Shown here piece by piece: positions 1-8,925 of a stretch of DNA of 64,000 nt (its first letter is position 1; the number at the start of each line of letters is the position of its first letter). Origin of the DNA: Latescibacteria bacterium UBA6620. Lineage in GTDB: Bacteria > Latescibacterota > UBA2968. Location: assembly GCA_002433075.1 (NCBI GenBank), contig DJHM01000011.1:216522-280521 (forward strand), in the 5' to 3' direction. The notes below the pieces were generated by a model that had not been told where the DNA came from, searched no databases, and saw only the letters and a list, made by a program, of their open reading frames with translations. The translations under genes were made by a program, and so were the position numbers.

Positions 1-353
1 CGATAGTGCGGTTCGTGGACGTTCGGTGGCCGCGACTTGAACTCGGTCTGGGAGATCCGCACGTGAGGCTCGAGCATCGCCTGAGCGATACCCACCACGC
101 GATCGTCGCCGAAATACGCGGCCACCGACGGGATGTAGGTAACGACGCTCGGCCCCGGTTCCCCGTTCGGACCCTTCTGATGTCTCAGCAACCCGCCCCA
201 GGCCTCGTAGTCTTCGATCGCCCGCTGATTGCCCGCCACCACTTCGTCGCGGAGCGCCTCGATGCGATCCTGGGGAACGACATCCTCGACGAGGCACCAG
301 CCCTCCTTCTTCAGGTGGAGCACACTTTCTTCGATACTGCTCGACTTCCCCAT
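1..353 (-). CDS. PhyH-family (phytanoyl-CoA dioxygenase-like) 2OG/Fe(II) oxygenase, 5' part only (gene runs off window start)
   Basis: Manual reverse-complement translation from ATG (revcomp of cat 351-353): MGKSSSIEESVLHLKKEGWCLVEDVVPQDRIEALRDEVVAGNQRAIEDYEAW..., a typical PhyH N-terminus. No stop before the window edge, so it is absent from the ORF track. The overlapping + ORF 6..356 reads as Arg/His-rich wrong-frame translation. Confidence 0.5.
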   Translation of the reverse strand, partial: MGKSSSIEESVLHLKKEGWCLVEDVVPQDRIEALRDEVVAGNQRAIEDYEAWGGLLRHQKGPNGEPGPSVVTYIPSVAAYFGDDRVVGIAQAMLEPHVRISQTEFKSRPPNVHEPHY

Positions 354-483
354 TGAACGTCCTTGGTTGAAGCGAGACGACGAAGGCAACGGATACGGAG
401 CCACGTCGTGCCATTTGCCATTTAATCGGGGGGAGTTTCCCATCCCCGTAGAAGCCAGTAATGACGACCACAGACTCCTGATT

Positions 484-1647
484 CTACAGAGGCGTCACGT
501 CTTCCCAGCCACCGCTTTCCCAGGAACGCATCGTCGCCGCCAGTACGTTGGCGTAGGCGTAGGCCTGGGTCAGGCTCGCTGCTCCTTCCTTCCCATCGAC
601 AATAGACTTCAGGAAGTGGTAAGCCTCGATCGTCTTGAGGTCTTCGTAGCCCACGCCGACCCCCGGGCCGGGATTGAAACGACCGTGAAACGGATGCTCT
701 GGACCCGCCAGAATCCGGACGAATCCATCGTGGTCACCCTCATCGGACAGGTGAAGCTCCATCTCGTTCATCTGTTCGAAGTTCCACTTCAGCGCCCCTT
801 TGGTGCCATACACCTCGAGCGCCATTTCACACTGCGGCCCGAAGATCGTACGACTGACCTCGAGTGTGCCGCGCGCACCGTTCTCGAACTGGACCAGTGC
901 GCCGGCGTAGTCTTCGTTCGTCACCGCGCCTGTGGGGTCACCAGCCTTCCCCGTCGAAAAGTGAGTGCCTCGACCAGGAACGGGAAGGGGGCGCTCCTTG
1001 ATGAAGGTTTCCTCTGTTCCCATCACGCGAACGATCGGCCCCGCCAGGAACTGTGCCATATCCGCGACGTGGGGCATCAGGTCTCCCAGCGCGCCCGTCC
1101 CCGACTTCTCCTTCTCGAATCTCCAGGATAGCTGCGCCAGGGGATCGCTTGCGTACATCACGTAGAAACGGCCGTTGTAGTTTGTGATCTCCCCCAGTTT
1201 TCCGTCGACGATCAGTTGGTGGGCATACTGCACGAGCGGCGCCCAGCGGTAATTCACGCCTACGAAACTCAGCAGTCCCGCTGCTCGGGCAGCGTGATAA
1301 ACCTCGGCAGTCTCTTCCGGCGTGCGCCCGACAGGCTTCTCACAGAAGAGGTGCTTCCCGGCCTCGATCGCGGCAAGGGCCATTTCCCGGTGGAGAAAGT
1401 TCGGTGAGGCCACGTTCACGGCCTGAACATCGGGATGGTCGATCACGGCGCGCCAGTCGGTTGTCGACGCCTCGAATCCGAGCCTGGCCTGGGCTTCACG
1501 TGCCCGCGCCTCGACATCGTCCGCGCAGATGACCAAACGCGCGGAAACACCTCTGTTGTGAAACCGATCGCCGACGGCACGATAGGATCGGCCGTGCACC
1601 GTGCCCATCCAGCCCATTCCGATGACGCCGACACCTATTGTCGTCAT
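484..1647 (-). CDS. Gfo/Idh/MocA family NAD(P)-dependent oxidoreductase
   Basis: 387 aa; N-terminal Rossmann motif MTTIGVGVIGMGWMG...; SD-like AGAGGGTGA upstream of the ATG. Confidence 0.85.
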   Translation of the reverse strand: MTTIGVGVIGMGWMGTVHGRSYRAVGDRFHNRGVSARLVICADDVEARAREAQARLGFEASTTDWRAVIDHPDVQAVNVASPNFLHREMALAAIEAGKHLFCEKPVGRTPEETAEVYHAARAAGLLSFVGVNYRWAPLVQYAHQLIVDGKLGEITNYNGRFYVMYASDPLAQLSWRFEKEKSGTGALGDLMPHVADMAQFLAGPIVRVMGTEETFIKERPLPVPGRGTHFSTGKAGDPTGAVTNEDYAGALVQFENGARGTLEVSRTIFGPQCEMALEVYGTKGALKWNFEQMNEMELHLSDEGDHDGFVRILAGPEHPFHGRFNPGPGVGVGYEDLKTIEAYHFLKSIVDGKEGAASLTQAYAYANVLAATMRSWESGGWEDVTPL

Positions 1648-1730
1648 GAATCACCCTCTATTGAATCACAATCGCCATCAGACGTGTGCACCCTCCGGAC
1701 CTCTCCTTTTTCGACCATCCGGCATCAGAA

Positions 1731-2510
1731 TCAACTTGCCTTGAGGCTGTCAACCACGCCCGTTTTCACCAGATGTCTCTTGCCCCGATCAAAGGCATCG
1801 AGCAACATCCTCCCTCTTCCGTTACTCTTGAGAGCAACCGGATACTCGAGCGAGGCATCGAAAGCAGGAAGCTTCCTGTACCTCTCCTGCCAGCCCTCCT
1901 GCCCGAGGACATAGTCCCAAGGGCCCTCGTACCCGACCACACCGTCCAACCGTTTCTGCGACAGCATCACAAAAGCATCGACGATCGAACCCACCTCGTG
2001 CTTGCGAATCGACTCGGCCGCTTTCCATTGGTCACCGCAGTTGAATCCTCGCTTCACCCCGATCCTGTACCTAGCAACGGGCGCCAATCCATCCCATTCT
2101 ACGCTGTTATCTGCACGGACATAGACAACAAAATTGGCCTGGTTTGTCGGCTCTTCCGGGTAATCGAAAGCCCACTCTCTTTCCTGGTTCTTGCCTTCCG
2201 GGAACAGGATATCCGCCTTCCCCTGATTCAGGTAGCTCATCGCCCGGGCCCAGGGGACGACGAACAGTTGAATCGTAAACCCTTCCTGATGATAGCTCTC
2301 TCTCAGCACGTCCCAGCAGTTCCCGCCGAATCCCACGGCGTCGTCGCCAGATGGGATATTCTGATCTCGCTCGATGTTTTCCGACGCGCCGCAGAAAGGT
2401 GCATAGTCCTGCAGCCTAGCAACTCTCACGACCCTTTCCTCGGCCCCAGCCGGGATGCCGAGGAAAAGGACCAGGAGTCCAACGACCATAGACCCTGTCC
2501 ACGCTTTCAT
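1731..2510 (-). CDS. secreted solute-binding protein, family 3 (PBPb-like)
   Basis: 259 aa. N-terminal signal peptide (MKAWTGSMVVGLLVLFLGIPAGA) and SBP_bac_3-like layout (PWARAMSYLNQGKADILFP, RIGVKRGF, LDGVVG). Its stop abuts the start of the next gene, suggesting an operon. Confidence 0.55.
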   Translation of the reverse strand: MKAWTGSMVVGLLVLFLGIPAGAEERVVRVARLQDYAPFCGASENIERDQNIPSGDDAVGFGGNCWDVLRESYHQEGFTIQLFVVPWARAMSYLNQGKADILFPEGKNQEREWAFDYPEEPTNQANFVVYVRADNSVEWDGLAPVARYRIGVKRGFNCGDQWKAAESIRKHEVGSIVDAFVMLSQKRLDGVVGYEGPWDYVLGQEGWQERYRKLPAFDASLEYPVALKSNGRGRMLLDAFDRGKRHLVKTGVVDSLKAS

Positions 2511-3896
2511 TTATCCACCCGTCTCCTGCAGACGCTCCCATCGAGTCTGGAACTCAGGGCGATCCTTCCATTCGGGTATGAGTAGCTCGTAAGAGGGATC
2601 GAGCATCCAGTCGCGTCGTTCCGGATTGGGAACCGTAATCGTACCTTCCGTATAGTCCTCCCCGCGCAGACTGGCTTCGACCTCGAGGTTCCATTCGTCG
2701 TAGCGCTCCTTCATCTCTGCCACGCGGTCCGGCTGTGATTCAGAGAGGTCGGTTGTTTCCCGTGGATCGTCGGCAAGATCGAAGAGCTCCACATCGTCGC
2801 CCTTCACATCGCGCACAACGAGTTTCCGATCGTTGTCGACAAGCGCGCCGCCTCCGTTGTAACGGCAGGGAATGGGTACCTTTCTCGGTCCGAGCTCGTT
2901 TTGGAAAAGGGCATCGAGGCTCCGTCCGTCCTGGCGCTGAACCAGAACAGAATCGTCGATGCCGCAGACTTTGATAACGGTCGGGAAGATGTCCATCGTC
3001 GAAGCCGGATAAGACGTTCGGCGTGGATTCGGGATCCCCTTTGGCCATTCGATTACCGCAGGAACGCGGAGGCCGCCCTCATACAGCGTCCCTTTCCATC
3101 CCCTCAGCCCTCCGACCGTGGCAGGCCCGAACGGCTCGAGGCCACCGTTGTCGCTGTTGAACCAGACCAGAGTGTCCTCCTCGATCTGCAGCTCGCGAAG
3201 GGCCAATCTGAGGGCACCGATACTTCGATCCATCGCCACCAACTCGCCGTAGTGGTTCTGCTCGATGTCACTGAGTTGAGCGAAGTCGACCTTGTCGTCC
3301 TCTCCGGCAATCCACGGACTGTGGGGAGTCCCGTACCAGATCACTGTAAAAAATGGATTCCCCCTGGCGTGCTCTGTCCGGATGAAGTGGATCGCCTGTT
3401 CCATCGCCACATCCGACGAGTCGCCTTCGAATTCCTCGAACGAGCCCAGCCTGCTCATCAAGGGATCGCGATCGAAGAAATTCGTGACGGACAACCAGTG
3501 GTCGAACCCGAAGTGTCCAGGGTGCCTCGGATTCTCTTCCAGGATCGGCGCGCCAGGGCCCATAAACCCACTGAGATGCCATTTCCCGAAGTGGCCCGTC
3601 GAATACCACGCGCTCTGCATCGCCTGTGCGATCGTTTTCTCCTGAAGGCACAGGGGACAACCGTGACTGAACACCCCACACCGGTCGTTCGACCGACCGG
3701 TCATCACCGACGCACGGGTGGGCGAACAAACGGGTGCACCCGCGTAAAATCGGTCGAACCGGAGCCCGTTCCTTTCCATTGCGTCCAGGTTCGGGGTCTT
3801 CAGGATCGGGTGATCGTAATACCCGGTCTGGCCCCAACCCTGGTCGTCGCTCATAATGAGGACAATGTTGGGTCGGGTCGGGTGTTCAGGCATCAA
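2511..3896 (-). CDS. sulfatase (formylglycine-dependent arylsulfatase family), no signal peptide
   Basis: 461 aa. NIVLIMSDDQGWG motif and the C-x-P-x-R formylglycine motif (CSPTRASVMTGR). The N-terminus MMPEHPTRPNIVLI has no hydrophobic leader. Confidence 0.85.
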   Translation of the reverse strand: MMPEHPTRPNIVLIMSDDQGWGQTGYYDHPILKTPNLDAMERNGLRFDRFYAGAPVCSPTRASVMTGRSNDRCGVFSHGCPLCLQEKTIAQAMQSAWYSTGHFGKWHLSGFMGPGAPILEENPRHPGHFGFDHWLSVTNFFDRDPLMSRLGSFEEFEGDSSDVAMEQAIHFIRTEHARGNPFFTVIWYGTPHSPWIAGEDDKVDFAQLSDIEQNHYGELVAMDRSIGALRLALRELQIEEDTLVWFNSDNGGLEPFGPATVGGLRGWKGTLYEGGLRVPAVIEWPKGIPNPRRTSYPASTMDIFPTVIKVCGIDDSVLVQRQDGRSLDALFQNELGPRKVPIPCRYNGGGALVDNDRKLVVRDVKGDDVELFDLADDPRETTDLSESQPDRVAEMKERYDEWNLEVEASLRGEDYTEGTITVPNPERRDWMLDPSYELLIPEWKDRPEFQTRWERLQETGG

Positions 3897-3917
3897 TGGT
3901 TACTCAGCTATAATGTC

Positions 3918-4178
3918 CTATTGCCTGGTACCCATCACGATCGCGGCGCCAAGCGAGATGCCCAGCGAGGTCCCGAGCCCCATGTTGTCGATTGCGGCGC
4001 CTACCGCCGCTCCCACGGCCAACCCGACCCCGGCTCCCAGCGCGATGCCCATCGATACGGAGCTTCCGTCATCCGGTTCCTGTTCGTCATTACGATCGTC
4101 AAAAGACACGTCGTCCCCTCCCGTTGGCTGACACGGGGCGAGCCTCGAATGACTCCAACCGCTGATGTGGACCACCAA
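3918..4178 (-). CDS. small glycine-zipper membrane protein (hypothetical)
   Basis: 86 aa ORF with an acidic N-terminal segment then MGIALGAGVGLAVGAAVGAAIDNMGLGTSLGISLGAAIVMG (GxxxG repeats). It sits between a PhyH gene and the sulfatase. The true start may be the internal Met. Confidence 0.35.
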   Translation of the reverse strand: MVVHISGWSHSRLAPCQPTGGDDVSFDDRNDEQEPDDGSSVSMGIALGAGVGLAVGAAVGAAIDNMGLGTSLGISLGAAIVMGTRQ

Positions 4179-4190
4179 ATCGGGGTGGAA

Positions 4191-5003
4191 TCAGGAGGTA
4201 CGGGTGTAAAGCACCGGAAGATGTTCGTCGTCGGCAAGTACGTCGCCGACTTTCGTGCGAGCCACGACCTCGTCCGGCAGCGCACTCTGCTTGCCGTTGA
4301 AAGTGGCATCCTCCGGCATAAAGAGCAATGCAAAGGCCCGTCGAGGCTGCAACGTCATATTCGGCCCCGCGGCGTGAGCAACCAGACCGCTGATGAAGAT
4401 CCCTGACCCAGCCTCCACCTCAACTGGCTGCGGCTCGATCTCCGACCACTCCGGGTAGCTGTCTATCAGACGACCGATGCCCTCCTCACCCAGCGTGCCA
4501 CTCTCGTCGAACCGGCACGTCTTCTGAGAACCGGGCAGGAAGTAGAGACATCCGTTCTGCAACGTCGCATCGTCGAGGGCAATCCACAGCATCGTGGCCT
4601 GGCTCGAATGGAACAGGTCCATCGGGTTGTCGACGTGGAAGTTGGTGGGATTCGACCACGGTTCCTTGGTGAGCGCGTGGTCGTGATACAATCGAACCCC
4701 CGTCGACCCCGAAACTTCTGTTGCCAGTTTACCCAATCGTTCGTCCAGGACCAGCGCCCTGACTGATTCGTGGGTCTTCCAAAGGTTGACACACTGTACG
4801 AAAACTCCCGAATAGTAGCTGTCGTTCGCCTGGTTGTGGCGCACGACACGGCTGGATGGATCTCGATCCACCATCTCCGCGACGGCCTCGTCGACCGCCT
4901 GTCGCCAGATTCTCAACTCATCCGGATCGAGCAGGTCCGGCACGACCAGGTAGCCATCCCTCCGGTAGCTCCCAGCCTCTTCCCTGGTCAGCGTGGTCCG
5001 CAT
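4191..5003 (-). CDS. PhyH-family 2OG/Fe(II) dioxygenase
   Basis: 270 aa; PhyH-like N-terminus (YRRDGYLVVPDLLDPDEL) and overall family resemblance. Confidence 0.8.
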   Translation of the reverse strand: MRTTLTREEAGSYRRDGYLVVPDLLDPDELRIWRQAVDEAVAEMVDRDPSSRVVRHNQANDSYYSGVFVQCVNLWKTHESVRALVLDERLGKLATEVSGSTGVRLYHDHALTKEPWSNPTNFHVDNPMDLFHSSQATMLWIALDDATLQNGCLYFLPGSQKTCRFDESGTLGEEGIGRLIDSYPEWSEIEPQPVEVEAGSGIFISGLVAHAAGPNMTLQPRRAFALLFMPEDATFNGKQSALPDEVVARTKVGDVLADDEHLPVLYTRTS

Positions 5004-5006
5004 GTC

Positions 5007-5624
5007 TCAGACGCCTGTGTCGAACCACTCACCCCGATCTTCCGCTTGGGAGTAGCTCGGATTCTTGATTTTGATCCAGGGCGTTCGCCCATTCACCTGT
5101 CGGTAAGGGCTGTCCCGGGGTTTCGCCACGATGCCTTCCATATACCGCTCGCAGATCATTCCAAACAGGTCGACCCCATCGCCTTCGATATGATCCACAA
5201 AGTGCAGGCGGGGTGCTCCGCCTTCGACCAGTTCCTTCAGCACACCCTTCCGCTCGATACACGGCTTCTCACGTAGACCTTCACCATCCAGCAGCAGGAT
5301 GTCGAAAGCAAAGAAAACAACGGGGGCGCGTGCGGCCATCAGATCGTCGAATTGCGATACGCCCCGATCGTCGACACAAACGAGTTCACCGTCCAGAACC
5401 GCCTGCCGCGTCATTCCGGACAGTGCGCTCGAAACCTGCCGAAATCGATGGAACGCGTGCCGTTTCGTGAAACGAGCCGGCACGTACCGTCGCCAATGTC
5501 GGCAAGACTTCGGAAGCCGTCGTATTTGACCTCGAACAGCCATCCCGGGTCGTCGAACGGATCCGACTGCTTGATCAAGGGGAGGGGCGTGATGATGATG
5601 ACGTCCCCGAGTTCGAACCCGCAA
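5007..5624 (-). pseudogene. ATP-dependent DNA ligase (LigC/LigD ligase-domain type), frameshifted
   Basis: The C-terminal two-thirds of the ORF match the ligase OB/adenylation C-terminal region (AVLDGELVCVDDRGVSQFDDL, EGIVAKPRDSPYRQVNGRTPWIKIKNP). The N-terminal part of the ORF is Arg/His-rich wrong-frame translation. The true N-terminus (PLPLIKQSDPFDDPGWLFEVKYDGFRSLADIGDGTCRLVSRNG, motif I KYDG) is in a different minus-strand frame covering about 5411-5578. A ±1 frameshift lies near 5440-5460. Confidence 0.55.
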
Positions 5625-5633
5625 GGGTCGAAT

Positions 5634-6455
5634 TCATTCGGTTTTCCTACCGAGTGTAAAACCGAACCCCAGCGGTTCCGAATACTCCCCCCTGGGATCG
5701 AAGTCCAGAAGATGGCGCGTCAGATCCGCTTCGAATCCGTCGGCATCGTCGCCGAGAACGCCTCTCAGGTTCCCCGAACTGGAGTAGAGGTTGCCAATGA
5801 TGGATTCCGGGGGCCAGACGTGGTGGTGTATACTTGGATGATTCTGCACATCGACGAACCCGGCGCCGCGAAACACCTGTTCGGCGTGCTCGGCAGTTCG
5901 TGTGCTGTCACGCACGGCCCCTCTCGGCTTTGAAACCTTGCCCGTCCATTTCTCCAAGACCTCCCGCAGTACGTCTTGCCACGGCTCCAGGCCCCTGCGG
6001 ATTCCGTTGCACCCGAGCGTCGTCAGACACGCTCCCGATAGCAGCCAATCGAGCGACCGTTCGAGCACCCATCGCTGGTCCAGACGATGAAACGCTTCCC
6101 CGATCGTGATCAACTCGATCGTCTCATCCGGAATCTCGAGATCCTCGACTCTCCCCGCACGCCAGTCGATGTTACCGACTTCGTGTCGAGCCGCGACTTG
6201 CCTTCCGACCTCGATCATCTCGGTTTCGTGATCGATCGCGAGGATGTCCTTGAAGTAGGACGCCATCCGAATGGCCACCCGGCCCGGCCCGCAAGCAAGG
6301 TCGACCAGCCGCCCCTCCCCCGTGACGCTCGCCCTCCCCCGCAGGTCCTGCAGCATCTCCTCGGGGCAGGGAACGCGATAGTCGGCATATTAGCGGGCCG
6401 TTCCGGCGAACAGATCGCCGGCGAAATCGGGCTTGATGGGTTGTCCTTTCGACAT
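5634..6455 (-). pseudogene. class I SAM-dependent methyltransferase interrupted by an in-frame TAA
   Basis: The downstream ORF 5634..6356 has the MTase motif I (LVDLACGPG). The same frame continues upstream as MSKGQPIKPDFAGDLFAGTAR-*-YADYRVPCPEE-MLQDL, a canonical MTase N-terminus, broken by TAA at 6390-6392 (revcomp tta). Confidence 0.55.
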
Positions 6456-6637
6456 TGACGTGCTTCCTTAGGAAAACGGTGAGTCGGACCGAACCTATGA
6501 TACGGTCTGTTGCCCGTAATGTCAGAACGTCCGAGTCGTGGGCTGGGGCGCCCGAGCCTATCCCCATTGACAATCTGAAGCGGCCCACTTTGATTAGCCG
6601 CCCGGCGCCCGATCCTCCCACATCAGATGGAGACGAT

Positions 6638-7834
6638 ATGTCTGCTCAGGATACTCCAGCCCCAGCCGAGCCAGCGAGCTCCTACCGTGCTCAGGCCTTC
6701 GCAGATTCCAAACCCGAACTGTCTGCTCCCGGTGCCACACCGGAGCGTCTGGCTCACCTCGAGGAACACGGATTCGTCATCATCACAGACTTCGTCGGAA
6801 ATCCCTGGATCGACATCCTTCGCGAGGCCGGCCGCAGAGTCACCGAAGCCTGCGCACCCGAAAACGGCTACGACAGAATCGACTACTCCAGGGGCTACGT
6901 GCATCGCGCCAAGGGGGACGAGCCCTGGGCGATCCGCGGTCTGGTGCATCCTGCCTTCGGCGAGCCCTCCTTCGCTGAATTCCACGGTTCGGATGACTTC
7001 CTCGGGTTCGTGGACTCCTGGTGCGTCGATGGTCTCAAACCCGACGAGATGACGATGGGCAACCTCCTCCTGTGGTGCAATCCACGAAAGCGCGAGAATC
7101 AACTCAGCTGGCATCGCGACGTCACGTGGTGGGGCACCGGAAAGCCGTATTTCTCGCAACATGAGGTTCGTGGGGATAGCGTGGAAGACTACTCCGAGGA
7201 GGTCGAACGAGCCAGATGGGAGGAAATTCGTGCGGACAACGTCAAGTCGCTCACCGAACGCAACGGCGTCAGTATGTTTCTCGCCCTGGCCCACGACGAG
7301 TGCCACGAACTCATTCCAGGGTCGCACGATCGCTGGCGGACTCCCTTCGAACACGACGTGTTGCTCCCGCAGAAAATGAAGGACGCCGGGGTGCCGCATA
7401 CGCCGAGCTGGAACGGCGAGGACCCGTTGCCGGGTCAGGTCGCCATTCGCCTTAAACCGGGGGAAGCGCTCATCCGTAACGGAACGACCATCCACACGGG
7501 CCGCACCGTCCCCGATCGCGAGCGGAACACGCTTTCGATCGGATGGTCCAGGTGGTCGGGTCCTTTGGACGAGGAGCCGTCCACCGCCGACGCTCGCCAC
7601 GCCTGGCAACTGGATCCTGCCGTTCGCGAAGCAATGCCTCACGACTGGATGAAGGTTGCGTGGGATCGCTGGGCGGAAACGAAGAAACTGGGTGAAACGC
7701 TCGAGGATCGATACGCAGGCTGGGACATCCAGAAGATCAAGGCGGGCGACGTGGTAGGATGGCGAACGGAGCTGGAGAAACAGGCTGCGGCGGCGGGAGA
7801 TTCCTGGGAGGCGTTTCAGACGGTGGAAGAATAA
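6638..7834 (+). CDS. divergent PhyH-superfamily-like 2OG/Fe(II) oxygenase with a C-terminal extension
   Basis: Start chosen at MSAQDT (GGAG 5 nt upstream). WHRD (HxD) and a distal His (IHTGRTV). It is a paralogue of 49417..50565; the two share long blocks (ILREAGRRVTEAC, EPWAIRG, PGSHDRWRTPFEHDVLLP, WDRWAET). Confidence 0.5.
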   Translation: MSAQDTPAPAEPASSYRAQAFADSKPELSAPGATPERLAHLEEHGFVIITDFVGNPWIDILREAGRRVTEACAPENGYDRIDYSRGYVHRAKGDEPWAIRGLVHPAFGEPSFAEFHGSDDFLGFVDSWCVDGLKPDEMTMGNLLLWCNPRKRENQLSWHRDVTWWGTGKPYFSQHEVRGDSVEDYSEEVERARWEEIRADNVKSLTERNGVSMFLALAHDECHELIPGSHDRWRTPFEHDVLLPQKMKDAGVPHTPSWNGEDPLPGQVAIRLKPGEALIRNGTTIHTGRTVPDRERNTLSIGWSRWSGPLDEEPSTADARHAWQLDPAVREAMPHDWMKVAWDRWAETKKLGETLEDRYAGWDIQKIKAGDVVGWRTELEKQAAAAGDSWEAFQTVEE

Positions 7835-7871
7835 GTGCCGTCGGCCTGAATGGAGGATCAGGCTTCGAGTC

Positions 7872-8888
7872 TCAAGCCCCCTCCCAGACCTCGCCGAACA
7901 GGCGTAGCCAGTTCCCTCCCAGGATGCCTGTGATCTCCTCACCCGAGTAGCCGCGACGCTGCAGACCGCTCGCCAGATTTGGCAATTCGTCGGGGCTCGT
8001 GAGATCGTCCGGATACAGCTTGTACTCTTCCCACTTCACGTTCGGATCCTGGAACACGGCCGGATACGATGTGCCCTGCTGCGAACCGATGTATCGCCAG
8101 AACGATTCAGGCTGATCCTGCGTGAAATCGATACCGAACCCGACGTGGTCGGGCCCAATCCGCTGAACCATATCGTCGATCGCATCCAGGTAATCGTCCA
8201 GTGTGGACTCGAACTGCGTCTTCAGGAAAGAGCAGATGGCCGTCGCGCCCACAACGCCCCCCCGTTCCGCCAACAACCTGACCGCTTCGTCGGTCTTGTT
8301 GCGTGGGCGATCGAAATAGCCTTTGCAATTCGCGTGGGTGACCGCGACCGGCTTTTCCGAATGTTCGATGGCCTCCATCGTCGATCGCTCACCGACGTGA
8401 GACAGATCAATCAGGATTCCCAGTCGGTTCATTTCCCGTACGGCATCGCGACCGAAATTGCTCAACCCCGCGTTCGCGCTCTCGTAGCATCCATCTGCCA
8501 GCAGGCTGCGCTCGTGAAACGAAAGCTGGATGATGCGGACACCCAGCGCGTGGAACACGGCCAGATGGCCGAGGTCGTTCTCAATGGGCGTGGCGTTTTG
8601 GAAACCGAGAATGACTCCCACCCTGCCCGTCTCCTTCGCCCGAAGAATGTCCGAGGTCGAATGGATGGGCATCAGAAGGTCCTCGTACGTCTCGTATCGG
8701 CCTAACCACGCCTGAATCTCCAGCAGAGTCTCCTGATAGTTTTCCCACGTCGCGATCGTTGCGTTCATAGCCGTCACACGGCCGTTCCTCAGACTCTCGA
8801 ACACACCCGGGCTGTTCCAGTTGCTGACGTTCAGCCCGTCAATCACGATAGCTCGATCGTAAATCGAGCGGGCATCTTCCTTGCTCAT
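7872..8888 (-). CDS. membrane dipeptidase, peptidase family M19
   Basis: Start at MSKEDARSIYDRAIVIDGL; M19 motifs (VIDGLNVS, EMNRLGILIDLSHVGE, PVAVTHAN). Confidence 0.8.
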   Translation of the reverse strand: MSKEDARSIYDRAIVIDGLNVSNWNSPGVFESLRNGRVTAMNATIATWENYQETLLEIQAWLGRYETYEDLLMPIHSTSDILRAKETGRVGVILGFQNATPIENDLGHLAVFHALGVRIIQLSFHERSLLADGCYESANAGLSNFGRDAVREMNRLGILIDLSHVGERSTMEAIEHSEKPVAVTHANCKGYFDRPRNKTDEAVRLLAERGGVVGATAICSFLKTQFESTLDDYLDAIDDMVQRIGPDHVGFGIDFTQDQPESFWRYIGSQQGTSYPAVFQDPNVKWEEYKLYPDDLTSPDELPNLASGLQRRGYSGEEITGILGGNWLRLFGEVWEGA

Positions 8889-8925
8889 CAGAATTGTGTC
8901 CTGCGTCGTGTATTGTGGGCTGCGA

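Noticed and set aside
6-1131. Plus-strand ORFs 6..356 and 229..1131
   Set aside because: They give Arg/His/Pro-rich low-complexity translations typical of wrong-frame high-GC DNA. They lie antisense to a convincing PhyH N-terminus and to the Gfo/Idh/MocA gene.
2901-4406. 501-aa plus-strand ORF
   Set aside because: It is antisense to the sulfatase and glycine-zipper genes, has an Arg-rich composition, and shows no domain resemblance.
5605-5625. GAGTTCGAACCC, a tRNA T-arm-like string
   Set aside because: It lies inside the ligase coding remnant. No acceptor or anticodon stems pair around it, so it is not a tRNA.
6390-6392. Possible stop-codon reassignment explaining the in-frame TAA/TAG
   Set aside because: TGA, TAA and TAG all terminate well-supported genes in this window. 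The two internal stops are different codons and isolated, so nonsense mutation is the simpler explanation.
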